Source: Fibrobacter succinogenes subsp. succinogenes S85
Lineage (GTDB): Bacteria > Fibrobacterota > Fibrobacteria > Fibrobacterales > Fibrobacteraceae
Reading direction: 5' to 3'
Length of the DNA: 32,000 nt
NCBI RefSeq assembly: GCF_000146505.1
Contig: NC_017448.1
Coordinates: forward strand, 2,850,001-2,882,000
The notes under the pieces are model-generated. The model worked only from the letters and a program-made list of their open reading frames with translations. It did no database searches and had not been told where the DNA came from. The translations under genes and the position numbers were made by a program. Positions 1-9,147 of this stretch are shown piece by piece (position 1 is the first letter of the stretch; each line of letters starts with the position of its first letter).

Positions 1-850
1 TGAGCTGCTCCCGGAAATTCCGGCGTTTGTTTATGCGGACAAGACGTTCACGCAGTATGCGGGTGAACTCCCGAAAGCTGCTGCTACCCCGAAGTTCAAA
101 AAAGCCGAGCTTAAGGATTATGAAATCGTTGATCTTAGACGAGAGGCGAAAGACGAGAGACGAGAGTGCGGGAATGACAATAGCGGAGAAATTCTTTTCG
201 ACCTTAAGCATGTGAATGTCCGCTTTGGCGATACGGATGTGCTCAAGAATTTGAACTGGACGGTTCGCAAGGGTGAACATTGGGCAGTGATGGGCGAGAA
301 CGGTGCTGGCAAGAGTACGCTCCTCGGCATGCTTACCGCTGACCATCCGCAGATTTACAACAACGACATTACGCTCCTCGGTGAACGTCCGGGGCATGGC
401 CTCAACATTTGGGACCACAAGGCAAAACTCGGATTCTTCTCGCCGGAAATGGCGCTCCAGTACCGCGAAGATTTGAGCCTTCTGGATGTGCTTTGCACAG
501 GATTCACACCGAACCTCTGCCGCGCTGAAAACATCACGTGGGAAGAAAAGGCTAAGGCTCGCGAATGGCTTACGTACTTGGGCTTTGAAGATACGTCGAT
601 TTCTATCCGCAAGATTTCGCCGATTGACAAGCGCTTGGTGCTGATGGCCCGTGCCGCAATCCGCCCGCCGAAAGTCCTTTTGCTTGACGAACCGACGCAA
701 GGCCTCAAGGGCGAGTATCGTGAAAAGCTGTTCCACCTATTGCAACTGCTTTCGACGGAAACGACAATCATCATGGTCAGCCATTACGAAGAAGAATGGC
801 CACCTTGTATGACACACCTCCTCCGCATGCCGAAGTTTTCGCTGAATTAA
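1..850 (+). CDS. ABC transporter ATP-binding protein, ModF-like, 5'-truncated by window start (C-terminal ABC domain)
   Basis: Frame +2 is open from nt 2 to TAA 848-850 (hand translation ELLPEIPAFVYADKTF...LFDLKHVNVRFGDTDV). The track start at 212 is an internal GTG. Walker A GENGAGKST, Walker B VLLLDEPTQGL, H-loop MVSHY. The tail EEWPPCMTHLL resembles ModF-type double-ABC ATPases. Confidence 0.8.
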   Translation, partial: ELLPEIPAFVYADKTFTQYAGELPKAAATPKFKKAELKDYEIVDLRREAKDERRECGNDNSGEILFDLKHVNVRFGDTDVLKNLNWTVRKGEHWAVMGENGAGKSTLLGMLTADHPQIYNNDITLLGERPGHGLNIWDHKAKLGFFSPEMALQYREDLSLLDVLCTGFTPNLCRAENITWEEKAKAREWLTYLGFEDTSISIRKISPIDKRLVLMARAAIRPPKVLLLDEPTQGLKGEYREKLFHLLQLLSTETTIIMVSHYEEEWPPCMTHLLRMPKFSLN

Positions 851-872
851 ACGAACACAAAAAGGTCCCGAA

Positions 873-1241
873 ATGAATTTCTTATTCGTTGCTCTTGGCG
901 GTGCTCTCGGTAGCGTGTTGCGCTACTTCATGTCGCTTGTGATTCCGAAGGTCGCCGGGTTCCCGTGGCCGACCTTTGTCGCAAACATCTTGGGCTGCCT
1001 TTGCATCGGGATTTTCTCGGGACTCTTCCTCAAGTGCGATAGCCTCTCGCCAAACCTCAAGCTTTTTTTGGTGACGGGCTTTTGCGGCGGCTTTACGACG
1101 TTCAGCACTTTTGCGAGTGAAAACCTGGCGCTTTTGCAAAGCGGAAAATTCGGGATGTTCATAGCTTACGCGCTAGCAAGCTTTGTACTTGGTGTTGCCG
1201 CCTGCGCCGGTGGAATTTACTTGATGGGCTACAATCGATGA
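873..1241 (+). CDS. crcB: Fluoride ion channel CrcB/FluC
   Basis: 122 aa, hydrophobic throughout. CrcB hallmarks are GGALGSVLRY near the N-terminus and GFCGGFTTFSTF. ATG 873 lies 22 nt after the upstream stop. Confidence 0.9.
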   Translation: MNFLFVALGGALGSVLRYFMSLVIPKVAGFPWPTFVANILGCLCIGIFSGLFLKCDSLSPNLKLFLVTGFCGGFTTFSTFASENLALLQSGKFGMFIAYALASFVLGVAACAGGIYLMGYNR

Positions 1242-1351
1242 TGATCGCTCCCCCCTGCGATTTATTAAATTAAAAACAAATAACCCCATACCTCAAAGCG
1301 AGCTTGCGAGCGATCCCATAGCCCAAAGGCTCGTAGAGCCGAGCTGTAAAA

Positions 1352-2479
1352 ATGCAATTGAATGAGCAAAATATTTTAAGTGCCTTGCGTGCGGTCCAGG
1401 ATCCGGACTTGCACAAGAATATTGTAGAACTAAACTTTGTTCAAAACTTGAAAATTGAAGGCACGAAGGTTTCCTTTGATTTGAAACTCACGACTCCGGC
1501 ATGCCCGATTCGTGACCGCTTCAAGGACCAGTGCATTACCATCGTGAAAAGCCTTGGTGCCACCGAAGTCGAAGTGACGCTCACTTCTTCGCAGGGTCGC
1601 GTGGGCGATGACAATTCTGCTGCTAAGGCTCCGCAGAATTCGCATATTGGCGAAGTGGCGCATGTGGTTGCTGTGGCTAGTGGCAAGGGCGGTGTCGGCA
1701 AATCGACCGTGACGGCGAACCTCGCTATGGCGCTCAGCCTTTCTGGCGCTCGCGTGGGTATTCTCGATGCTGACATTTACGGTCCCTCTATGGGTCTCAT
1801 GTTTGGGATAGACAAGGCTCCTGAAGTTTTTGAAGACAATACGATTGCGCCTGTCGAAGCGAAGGGCGGCATCAGCATTGTCTCAATGTGCATGTTCGCG
1901 GATTCCGACAAGGCGACCATCTGGCGCGGACCGATGGTTTCGCAGATGATCCAGCACTTCATCCACCACGTGCGCTGGGGCAAGCTCGACTACCTCCTCG
2001 TGGACTTTCCTCCTGGAACGGGCGATATCCAGCTTACGCTCACGCAGAACTGCCCGATGGCAGGTGCGGTTGTCGTGACGACTCCGCAGCAGGTGGCTCT
2101 CGCTGACTGCCAGAAGGGTATTGCCATGTTTGATAACGTGGGCGTCCCGGTGATTGGTATTGTCGAGAACATGAGCTACTTCATTTGTGATGAGTGCGGC
2201 AAACACCACAACATTTTCCCTGCCGGTGGCGGTCAGAAAATTGCCGAAAAGTGGGGTGTGCCGCTTATCGGTAAAGTCCCGATGGAACCAGCCGTTGCCG
2301 ACTGCGGTGACTGTGGTACTCCGGCCGTGCTCCGCTACCCGAACTCCGAATCGGCGAAGGTCTTTATGGACGCTGCCGAAAAAATGGTCCGCACGCTTTC
2401 TGTGTTTGAATCCGAAGGCGATGGAGTCCTTAAAAACTTCAATTACGATTTTGAACAACTGCCGGTGGAGGAAGTATGA
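1352..2479 (+). CDS. mrp: Mrp/ApbC/NBP35-family Fe-S cluster carrier ATPase
   Basis: N-terminal DUF59-like segment (ILSALRAVQDPDLHKNIVELNFV), deviant Walker A VASGKGGVGKST, and the CxxC pair in FICDECG typical of Mrp/NBP35. Confidence 0.9.
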   Translation: MQLNEQNILSALRAVQDPDLHKNIVELNFVQNLKIEGTKVSFDLKLTTPACPIRDRFKDQCITIVKSLGATEVEVTLTSSQGRVGDDNSAAKAPQNSHIGEVAHVVAVASGKGGVGKSTVTANLAMALSLSGARVGILDADIYGPSMGLMFGIDKAPEVFEDNTIAPVEAKGGISIVSMCMFADSDKATIWRGPMVSQMIQHFIHHVRWGKLDYLLVDFPPGTGDIQLTLTQNCPMAGAVVVTTPQQVALADCQKGIAMFDNVGVPVIGIVENMSYFICDECGKHHNIFPAGGGQKIAEKWGVPLIGKVPMEPAVADCGDCGTPAVLRYPNSESAKVFMDAAEKMVRTLSVFESEGDGVLKNFNYDFEQLPVEEV

Positions 2480-2772
2480 TCCAGCCAAAGAAAGTATTCA
2501 GGACAAAAGAGGGCAAACTTGGTTTTGAATGGAACGACGGTAGCCGCACCGCTTGCGATGCCCGTACGCTCCGCTTAGCTTGTCCGTGCGCACTTTGTGT
2601 GGATGAACATACCGGTGAAAAACTCCTCGATGAATCGACCGTTCCCTTGGATGTAAAGCTTGAACATATCCAGTCTATTGGCCGTTATGCCGTGGGTCTT
2701 TCTTTTAGTGATGGTCATCGTTCGGGAATTTACCCATACGATAAACTTAAGGAATTGACGAAATCCGCATAA
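2476..2772 (+). CDS. DUF971 (gamma-butyrobetaine hydroxylase-like N-terminal) domain protein
   Basis: ATG 2476 overlaps the mrp stop (ATGA at 2476-2479). FEWNDGS..LRLACPCALC..YAVGLSFSDGHRSGIYPY fits the DUF971 pattern. Confidence 0.8.
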   Translation: MIQPKKVFRTKEGKLGFEWNDGSRTACDARTLRLACPCALCVDEHTGEKLLDESTVPLDVKLEHIQSIGRYAVGLSFSDGHRSGIYPYDKLKELTKSA

Positions 2773-2829
2773 TAAACCATATTTGAATGAGTCTAAGACG
2801 GTTTGTCCAAGACAAGAAGGTGTTGTTTT

Positions 2830-3678
2830 ATGAGTGATTTTAACGAAGCTCTTTATTTTCGTGACTTGAATAGGTATCCTACGCTGACTCCACAGGAGGA
2901 ATCGGCGCTGTTGAAAATTATCAAGAACGGTGAAACCGAAGAAATTCGAAAGTCTGCCTTGCAGCGCCTTATTCGCGGTAACCTCCGATTTGTGGTGAGC
3001 GTTGCTCGCAAGTACCAGGGTCGTGGTCTTTCCCTTTTGGACCTTATCAATGAAGGTAATCTCGGTCTTTTCAAGGCGGCTAAACGCTTTGACATGGACA
3101 AGGACGTGAAGTTCATTAGCTATGCCGTGTGGTGGATCCGTCAGTCTATCCAGAAGGCTTTGTTCGAACAGGTGGGCGCAGTCCGCATTCCGCCTAATAA
3201 GCTTGCCTTGGTGAACCGCTTCAAACGTGCCTTAATGCAGAATGGCGGTGACTACGACAAGACCATCTCGATGGAAGAATTTGCTCCTTACGAACGCGAT
3301 ATCGTCGAAGTCATGGAAAAGATTGTCGATATCTCGCTCGATGCTCCGATTGGCGATGATGCCGGTGTCTCCAGTGCCGATTCCGTGAGTACGCTTATGG
3401 ACGTGCTCGGCAGCGATGGCAACCAGGACGAGGACATGGAACGCGAAGAGCGCAAGAAACTCATCCAGGAAACTCTTTCGTCACTTCCGCAGCGCGAAGA
3501 AGAAATCCTCCGCATGTTCTACGGCCTCGATACGGTCGAAGACACGACGCTCAAGGACATTGGCGAAGACTTGAAGCTCAGCCGTGAACGCGTTCGCCAG
3601 ATCAAGAACAAGACTTTGCGTCGCTTGCAGAAGAGCAAAGAACACAAAGAAAAACTGGCAGACTACCTGCAAGAATAA
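2830..3678 (+). CDS. RNA polymerase sigma factor, sigma-70 family (compact RpoD/SigA-like, no region 1.1)
   Basis: Region 2: NLRFVVSVARKYQGRGLSLLDLINEGNLGLFKAAKRFD and YAVWWIRQSIQKAL. Region 4.2: LKDIGEDLKLSRERVRQIKNKTLRRL. The track start 2803 is TTG; I prefer ATG 2830 (MSDFNEALYF) with GAAGG about 9 nt upstream. Confidence 0.85.
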   Translation: MSDFNEALYFRDLNRYPTLTPQEESALLKIIKNGETEEIRKSALQRLIRGNLRFVVSVARKYQGRGLSLLDLINEGNLGLFKAAKRFDMDKDVKFISYAVWWIRQSIQKALFEQVGAVRIPPNKLALVNRFKRALMQNGGDYDKTISMEEFAPYERDIVEVMEKIVDISLDAPIGDDAGVSSADSVSTLMDVLGSDGNQDEDMEREERKKLIQETLSSLPQREEEILRMFYGLDTVEDTTLKDIGEDLKLSRERVRQIKNKTLRRLQKSKEHKEKLADYLQE

Positions 3679-3689
3679 TTGGATCTCTA

Positions 3690-5411
3690 ATGTCGAATCC
3701 TTCAACTGCGCCTCGTACTGCCGCGTACCTCTTTCTGATTTTTTTCTTTGGGGCGTTGCTTGCGTATGGCGGATTCAAACTTTATAACAAATACGGACCG
3801 TCCAAGACGGTCGTAGGGGAAATCCCGTTCGGGCTCGAAGCGGGTACTTCTGTGTTGAATGGCGATGCTCCGAATTTCAAGGCCGATGTTGAAAGGCTGC
3901 CGGTGCAGGCTCAGGCCGAATTCCGCCGTGCGGGCGAACTCTCGCGTAGCGGAGCGACCAAGGCTGCTTACGAAATTTACGATGCTTTAGTGCTTCTTTA
4001 TCCGAATGTGGATGCGGCGGTCTGGGGTGAAGTCAATACTTTATTCCACATGGATTCCGTGTCGGAGCCGATGCGTGACCGTGCTGAACTTTTGATCGGG
4101 CGCCTTATGGCGCATTACCCGAATACGGGCATTAGCTTTTACCTGGACAGCCGCAAGTCGCTCCTTGCAGGGAACTTGACTGTGGCGGTCGAACTTGCAA
4201 AGATGGCGAGTTCACGTGCTCCATCCATTTATGAAATCAGACTTTGGTATGCGGAGCTTCTGCTCAAGAATTCGAACATGAAGGATGCTGCAAATGAATG
4301 CCGTGCCGCCATCAGCCTTTCTTCGGGCGACTCGCAGCGTGCATTTGAACTCTTGGCTAAAGTCTACCATGACGATGGTATTTTGGACAGTGCGGCACTC
4401 GTAGTCGATTACGCCTTGACGCAGTTCCCGCTTTCTTCGGAACTGATGCTTTTGCGCGGTTACTTGGCCGAATACAATGGCAAGTTTGACGTGGCCGAAA
4501 AGACGTACCAACGCATTCTTGCGTTCCGCCCCGATTATGAAAAGGCCCGTCGTGCGATGGCGACGATTGGCGAAAAGACTGCTCCTGGCAAGAACGGCCA
4601 TTATGCAGGCTCTTCTCGGGACCGCGCCCAGGTCGCTTGCGACATCCTTGCTCCGCTGGTCGAACGTTATCCTGAAAACTTGCCGCTACGTGAAGCGATG
4701 GGTATCGCTTATACGAAAGCACACATGTTTGACATGGCTCGCCGCGAGTTCAACTACATCCTCAAGAACGACCCGGATTACCCGGACATTAAGTCTCGCT
4801 TGAGTGAACTAGAACTGGTCCGCAAGGCCGCCATCGAGGAATACAACAATGGTCTTACGGCTAACTTGAACCGCGCTGTGGATAGCCTCCGCGAATCCAT
4901 GATGCCCGAACGAAAACACGATTTCTCGACCAAACTAGGACATTATCTTGTTCGCTATGGCGCCTCCTCGCAGGAGTTCTTTAGAAAGTACTCTGCGTCT
5001 AATTTTAAACAAGTGAAGCGTTTTGTCTGGCAGGAAACTTTCTACGAAAATCCTTACCATCACACTTACACGGTCGTCTTTGATTCCCTGAACCGCTTTA
5101 AGGAAGTTCACGTGGTCGTGTTTGATTCCGCTTCGAATTCGAACCACCTTGGCGTTGCGCCCGAAATCTTTACGCGCCTCCTCAAGCAGAATTCCCGCAT
5201 TTCTGGTATCAGCAACAACACTGGCGAAACCGATTGCGGTGATGGCACTATCATGGATGCTGCTGTCTGGGAAACTCGCGACAACTTCGAAATTTTGGCT
5301 CGCATCGTCGGAAAACCGGCCGAAGTGCGCATGGTTCGCTTGGATCGCAACACTTTGCCGCCTTCTGGCCTGAAACTTTGCGATTATCTGCCGCTTCTTA
5401 TGGAATTTTAG
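3690..5411 (+). CDS. Membrane-anchored tetratricopeptide-repeat protein
   Basis: 573 aa. One N-terminal TM helix (AAYLFLIFFFGALLAYGGF). TPR-like repeats (AYEIYDALVLLYPN, AEKTYQRILAFRPDYEKA, ARREFNYILKNDPDYPD). Starts 11 nt after the sigma gene stop. Confidence 0.7.
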   Translation: MSNPSTAPRTAAYLFLIFFFGALLAYGGFKLYNKYGPSKTVVGEIPFGLEAGTSVLNGDAPNFKADVERLPVQAQAEFRRAGELSRSGATKAAYEIYDALVLLYPNVDAAVWGEVNTLFHMDSVSEPMRDRAELLIGRLMAHYPNTGISFYLDSRKSLLAGNLTVAVELAKMASSRAPSIYEIRLWYAELLLKNSNMKDAANECRAAISLSSGDSQRAFELLAKVYHDDGILDSAALVVDYALTQFPLSSELMLLRGYLAEYNGKFDVAEKTYQRILAFRPDYEKARRAMATIGEKTAPGKNGHYAGSSRDRAQVACDILAPLVERYPENLPLREAMGIAYTKAHMFDMARREFNYILKNDPDYPDIKSRLSELELVRKAAIEEYNNGLTANLNRAVDSLRESMMPERKHDFSTKLGHYLVRYGASSQEFFRKYSASNFKQVKRFVWQETFYENPYHHTYTVVFDSLNRFKEVHVVVFDSASNSNHLGVAPEIFTRLLKQNSRISGISNNTGETDCGDGTIMDAAVWETRDNFEILARIVGKPAEVRMVRLDRNTLPPSGLKLCDYLPLLMEF

Positions 5412-5437
5412 CTCGTAAATATCTATTTTATAGCTAT

Positions 5438-7354
5438 ATGTTCCGTGGTCGTTTTTTAGCTTTAGTTCTGTTCGCTGCATTGTTGGAAGGTTGCACTTGC
5501 TGCGCCTACCTGAATCATATGTTCAATGCAGAACGGCTCTATGACGAAGCGACTGAACTTCGCATGGCTCGTCTGGATAGTGTTCCTGACGAAAACATGT
5601 CTTACCCGAGTGGCGAGGAATCCCAGAAATACGAGAAGATCATTGAAAAGGGTTCCCGTGTGCTCGAACGCTTCCCCAAAAACAAGAAGCGTACTGCCGA
5701 AGCCGTTTTCCTCATTGCTGAATCTTACAGGCACAAGGCCGACTGGCCCAAGGCTATTACCAAGTACGACGAATACGAACGTTATTTTTCCGATAACGAT
5801 TCCATGCGTGCCGTGGAATACCAGCGTGCTTACTGCCTCTACCGCAACCAGGAATTCAATATCAGCCGCTTTGCATTGGAACCTGTAGTGGCTGACAAAA
5901 ACCACCCTTACTATTTCCAGGGACTCAACCTGCTCTCGCTTCTGGATGAAAAGTCCGAAGCTCCGGAACAGGCTATTGCGGCCCTTGAAGCTGTGCTTGC
6001 CGATACGAGCGGAACCCCGTATATGAAGGGCAAGGCGCATTTCCGCCTGGCAGGGCTTTACTTTAAGATGGAACAGTGGGAAAAGGCCCACCACCACTAC
6101 AACGCCAAGGAAATTGAAAACCTGAACGATCGCGAACGCCAGACGGCGGGCGAGCAGTCGGCGGAATGCCTCGTGAATACGAAGGAGTACCTTAAGGCTG
6201 CGGATGAATACAAGGCTCTTTACAAGGTCGAAGCCTACGAAAAACAGCGCCCGCATTACCTGGTGCGAATTGGTGAAACGACTCTCTTGGCTGGCCGCAA
6301 TGCCGATGCTTACGTGATTTTCAACAAGGTCAACACGGAATATCCGAAAACGGAACAGTCGTCCCGTAGCTACTTCAATATGGGCGATTATGAACAGAGC
6401 AAGACGCAGAATTATGAGCTTGCCATGTCGTATTACGATAGCAGCTACATTGCAAGGTCGATTAGCGAGTATGCCCAGAAATCCCGTGAACGCCGCAATG
6501 CTTTAAGGCGACTTGTGTCTATGCGCGACCGCAACGAAGAAATTCTCCAGAGCAAGGATTCCATTCCCAACATGAAGTCGTTCTTTGCGAATGAATTTAT
6601 GATTGCTGAGTTGTTCCTTCTCAAGCTTTCCGAAGCGGACAGTGCGGTGGCTAGACTTACGAACGTGATTGAAAAGTCCGACGATACGGCAAGCGTCATG
6701 CGTGCATCGTATGCGAGGGCTTTCATTTATGACGAGTTCCTGCACGATCCTGATACCGCCGAGGAACTGTACAAGGAAATCATTGAAAAGTACCCGAATA
6801 CCGATTATGCCAAGCAGGCTCAGGCAAATATTGGCATGAACGTAACGATGAAGACTAAGGAAGATGAAGCCCGGGACCGCTACATGGCTGCCGAAAGCTT
6901 GTGGACGGTGGCTTCGGAAATGCCGGTGAGCAAGATGGATCAGGTGGATTCCGCCTATGCAAACGCTTATGCAGCTTTTGATAGTGTGTACAGAGACTAT
7001 CCGCAGACGCAGTCGGGTGTGCAGGCGCTTTACATGAAGGCTATCTATTTCCAGATGAATCCGGATCGCTTGGACAGTTCCATTGCAATTTACCGTGAAC
7101 TTCGCGATAAGCATGGCCAGACCCCGTGGGGCAAGCGTGCTGCCTACGTGCTGAATACGCGCCTTACGACAACCGATGACGATTTGGCTAAGTTGCGCAA
7201 GCGTACGGCTCAGACGATTGAAAACCTGAACAAGAATTCTGCCAAGTATTACGAAACCTTGAATGCCAAGCCCGAAGAAAAGAAGGCCGAGATTATAAAC
7301 AAGGAAGACGAAATTCTCGAGAATACGTACAACAGCATGTACGACTTTGAGTAG
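5438..7354 (+). CDS. Tetratricopeptide-repeat lipoprotein
   Basis: I prefer ATG 5438 (MFRGRFLALVLFAALLEGC, lipoprotein-type signal); the track start 5378 would overlap the upstream gene. TPR-like helices throughout (AEELYKEIIEKYPNTDYAKQA, FDSVYRDYPQTQSG). Confidence 0.7.
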   Translation: MFRGRFLALVLFAALLEGCTCCAYLNHMFNAERLYDEATELRMARLDSVPDENMSYPSGEESQKYEKIIEKGSRVLERFPKNKKRTAEAVFLIAESYRHKADWPKAITKYDEYERYFSDNDSMRAVEYQRAYCLYRNQEFNISRFALEPVVADKNHPYYFQGLNLLSLLDEKSEAPEQAIAALEAVLADTSGTPYMKGKAHFRLAGLYFKMEQWEKAHHHYNAKEIENLNDRERQTAGEQSAECLVNTKEYLKAADEYKALYKVEAYEKQRPHYLVRIGETTLLAGRNADAYVIFNKVNTEYPKTEQSSRSYFNMGDYEQSKTQNYELAMSYYDSSYIARSISEYAQKSRERRNALRRLVSMRDRNEEILQSKDSIPNMKSFFANEFMIAELFLLKLSEADSAVARLTNVIEKSDDTASVMRASYARAFIYDEFLHDPDTAEELYKEIIEKYPNTDYAKQAQANIGMNVTMKTKEDEARDRYMAAESLWTVASEMPVSKMDQVDSAYANAYAAFDSVYRDYPQTQSGVQALYMKAIYFQMNPDRLDSSIAIYRELRDKHGQTPWGKRAAYVLNTRLTTTDDDLAKLRKRTAQTIENLNKNSAKYYETLNAKPEEKKAEIINKEDEILENTYNSMYDFE

Positions 7355-7359
7355 GTTGT

Positions 7360-7785
7360 ATGACTTATCGTTTTTGGTTGGTGTTTGTACTTGGTATCCT
7401 GCTTGCTTGTTCGGGATGTTCTGGTTCTACACATCGCAAGGGTTATATCCGCGTTACTAAATCATCCCGCGTCCAGAAAAAGGCTGAAATAGGTTATACC
7501 TTTACGGGAGACGCTAGTTATTACGGTAAGGGGTTTGATGGCAAAAAGACCGCGAGCGGTGAACTTTTTGATCGTGACGACTTTACCTGTGCGCATAGGA
7601 CACTCCCGTTCGGAACGAAACTCAAGGTGACCCGCATAAAGACGGGCGCCTCTGTCGTTGTGCGCGTGAATGACCGCGGACCGTATGCCAAGAAGCGCGT
7701 GCTCGATTTGAGCGAAGCGGCTGGCAAAAAGCTTGGGCTAGACAAAGCTGGTCATGCCCAAGTCAAGGCCGTTGTTGTAGAATAA
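7360..7785 (+). CDS. rlpA: Septal ring lytic transglycosylase RlpA-family lipoprotein (DPBB domain)
   Basis: Lipobox LLAC-S. GDASYYGKGFDGKKTASGE...CAHRTLPFGTKLKV...VRVNDRGPY is the RlpA double-psi beta-barrel signature. Starts 5 nt after the upstream stop. Confidence 0.85.
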   Translation: MTYRFWLVFVLGILLACSGCSGSTHRKGYIRVTKSSRVQKKAEIGYTFTGDASYYGKGFDGKKTASGELFDRDDFTCAHRTLPFGTKLKVTRIKTGASVVVRVNDRGPYAKKRVLDLSEAAGKKLGLDKAGHAQVKAVVVE

Positions 7786-7886
7786 ATTTTCAAAAAAAAT
7801 GAGCTACTGCTCGAAATGTCATCTTCTGACATGTCGTGATTCTATATTAGTGCTCGTAAGAACACTAAACACCAAAAGGTGAATAT

Positions 7887-8108
7887 ATGAATCGCAAAGT
7901 AGTTAAAGTGAATAAGCATGTAGTCGAAATTCCGGAACAGTCTCCGTGGGATTCCGGCTTTTCCATTTTCAAGCGCCGCATTGGGGAGCTGATGCAGTTG
8001 AGCGGTAACGATGATAGCGCTATCGATGATGATGACTTGATTCCGTATTACCGCATGGGTGAAAGTGAAACGTTTGTGCTCTCCGCCCTCGGTTGCACCG
8101 GGTATTAA
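7887..8108 (+). CDS. Small acidic hypothetical protein (73 aa)
   Basis: ATG is preceded by AAGGTG 6-7 nt upstream. No recognisable domain. It lies alone between rlpA and the convergent prmC. Confidence 0.35.
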   Translation: MNRKVVKVNKHVVEIPEQSPWDSGFSIFKRRIGELMQLSGNDDSAIDDDDLIPYYRMGESETFVLSALGCTGY

Positions 8109-8112
8109 AAAA

Positions 8113-8136
8113 CGCGGCTTGTGCCGTGCAAATTTT
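8113..8136. terminator. Possible bidirectional terminator between the small ORF and prmC
   Basis: CGCGGC-ttgt-GCCGTG hairpin (6 bp including one G:U) with an A-run upstream and caaaTTTT downstream. The stem is weak. Confidence 0.3.
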
Positions 8137-8146
8137 AGTAGTGTCG

Positions 8147-9127
8147 TTATTTCGCTTTGTAACTCACAAAGCGGACGTTGTTGCAGAAGTCCTTGTGGAT
8201 TCCCGAGAATTCCAACCACGGATACTTCTCGGCTTCGGCTTTGAGCATTTCGCCCTGTTCCGAACCGATTTCGAGCAAAATAGATGCACCCGGCTTGAGC
8301 TTGCCTTCGGTCTGCTGTAAAAGTTTGCGGACAAGGTCAAGGCCGTCTTCACCGCCGAATAATGCAAGCGCAGGATCGTACTTCGCGACTTCGGGCTGGA
8401 GCTTGTCTTTTTCGCTATCCGGAATGTAAGGGAGGTTTGCAATCAGGCAGTCAATTTTTGCGGAGGAGTCGCCAGCGACATTCGCGATAACGTCTGCGGT
8501 GATTGCGTTCAGCAAGTCGCCCTGTGCGAAGGTCAATGAGCTTGCTTCGTTTGCGGAACTTGCCGAGGATGCCGAAGCGGTGGATCCGGTCGAAGATGCG
8601 GCGCTTTCCGCGTCGGGATTACCTGCGAGGTCGTTCGCTTCAGCATTTGTACGTGCAAGTGCAAGAGCGTCTTCAGAAACGTCTGTAGCGAGTACTTTGG
8701 CGCCTGCAATTTCTTTAGCACAAGCAATCGAGATGGCGCCTGTGCCAGTGCCGATTTCGACGATGAACGGTTTTTCGATGCCTTTGAGACTGTCCGATGC
8801 CATGTCTACGAGCGATTCCGTTTCCGGACGCGGGATAAGCGCGCGGCGGTCGCACTTGATGATGAAACCGCGGAAGCTTGTATCGCCGATGATGTGCTGC
8901 AGCGGCTCACGCGTTGCACGGCGTGCAACCATCGTGCGAAGCACGTCCAGCTCCGCTGGCGTGAGCGGCTTTTCGAAGTTCAGGTACAAGTCCATGCGGT
9001 TCTTCATCTTGAGACCGTAGCTGATGATGTACTCGGCATCGAGACGTGCATCAGGAATGCCCTTCTTTTCAAAGAAGACCTTGGTGCGGTTCAAAATTTC
9101 AAGAACTGTCATCTGCGGCTGTGGCAT
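8147..9127 (-). CDS. prmC: Peptide chain release factor N5-glutamine methyltransferase PrmC/HemK
   Basis: SAM motif VEIGTGTGAISI, HemK-type N-terminal domain, and substrate motif position IANLPYIP. Starts 20 nt downstream of the prfA stop with a GAGGT RBS. Confidence 0.9.
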   Translation of the reverse strand: MPQPQMTVLEILNRTKVFFEKKGIPDARLDAEYIISYGLKMKNRMDLYLNFEKPLTPAELDVLRTMVARRATREPLQHIIGDTSFRGFIIKCDRRALIPRPETESLVDMASDSLKGIEKPFIVEIGTGTGAISIACAKEIAGAKVLATDVSEDALALARTNAEANDLAGNPDAESAASSTGSTASASSASSANEASSLTFAQGDLLNAITADVIANVAGDSSAKIDCLIANLPYIPDSEKDKLQPEVAKYDPALALFGGEDGLDLVRKLLQQTEGKLKPGASILLEIGSEQGEMLKAEAEKYPWLEFSGIHKDFCNNVRFVSYKAK

Positions 9128-9147
9128 TGGACTTACCTCACGACCCC

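Noticed and set aside
5462-6256. 264-aa minus-strand ORF
   Set aside because: It is an antisense shadow of the TPR lipoprotein gene.
8537-8620. Ser/Ala-rich repetitive DNA (also 13630-13720, 19715-19760 and 21560-21640) as tandem repeats or a CRISPR-like array
   Set aside because: These are in-frame low-complexity linkers within clear genes. They show no regular repeat-spacer periodicity.
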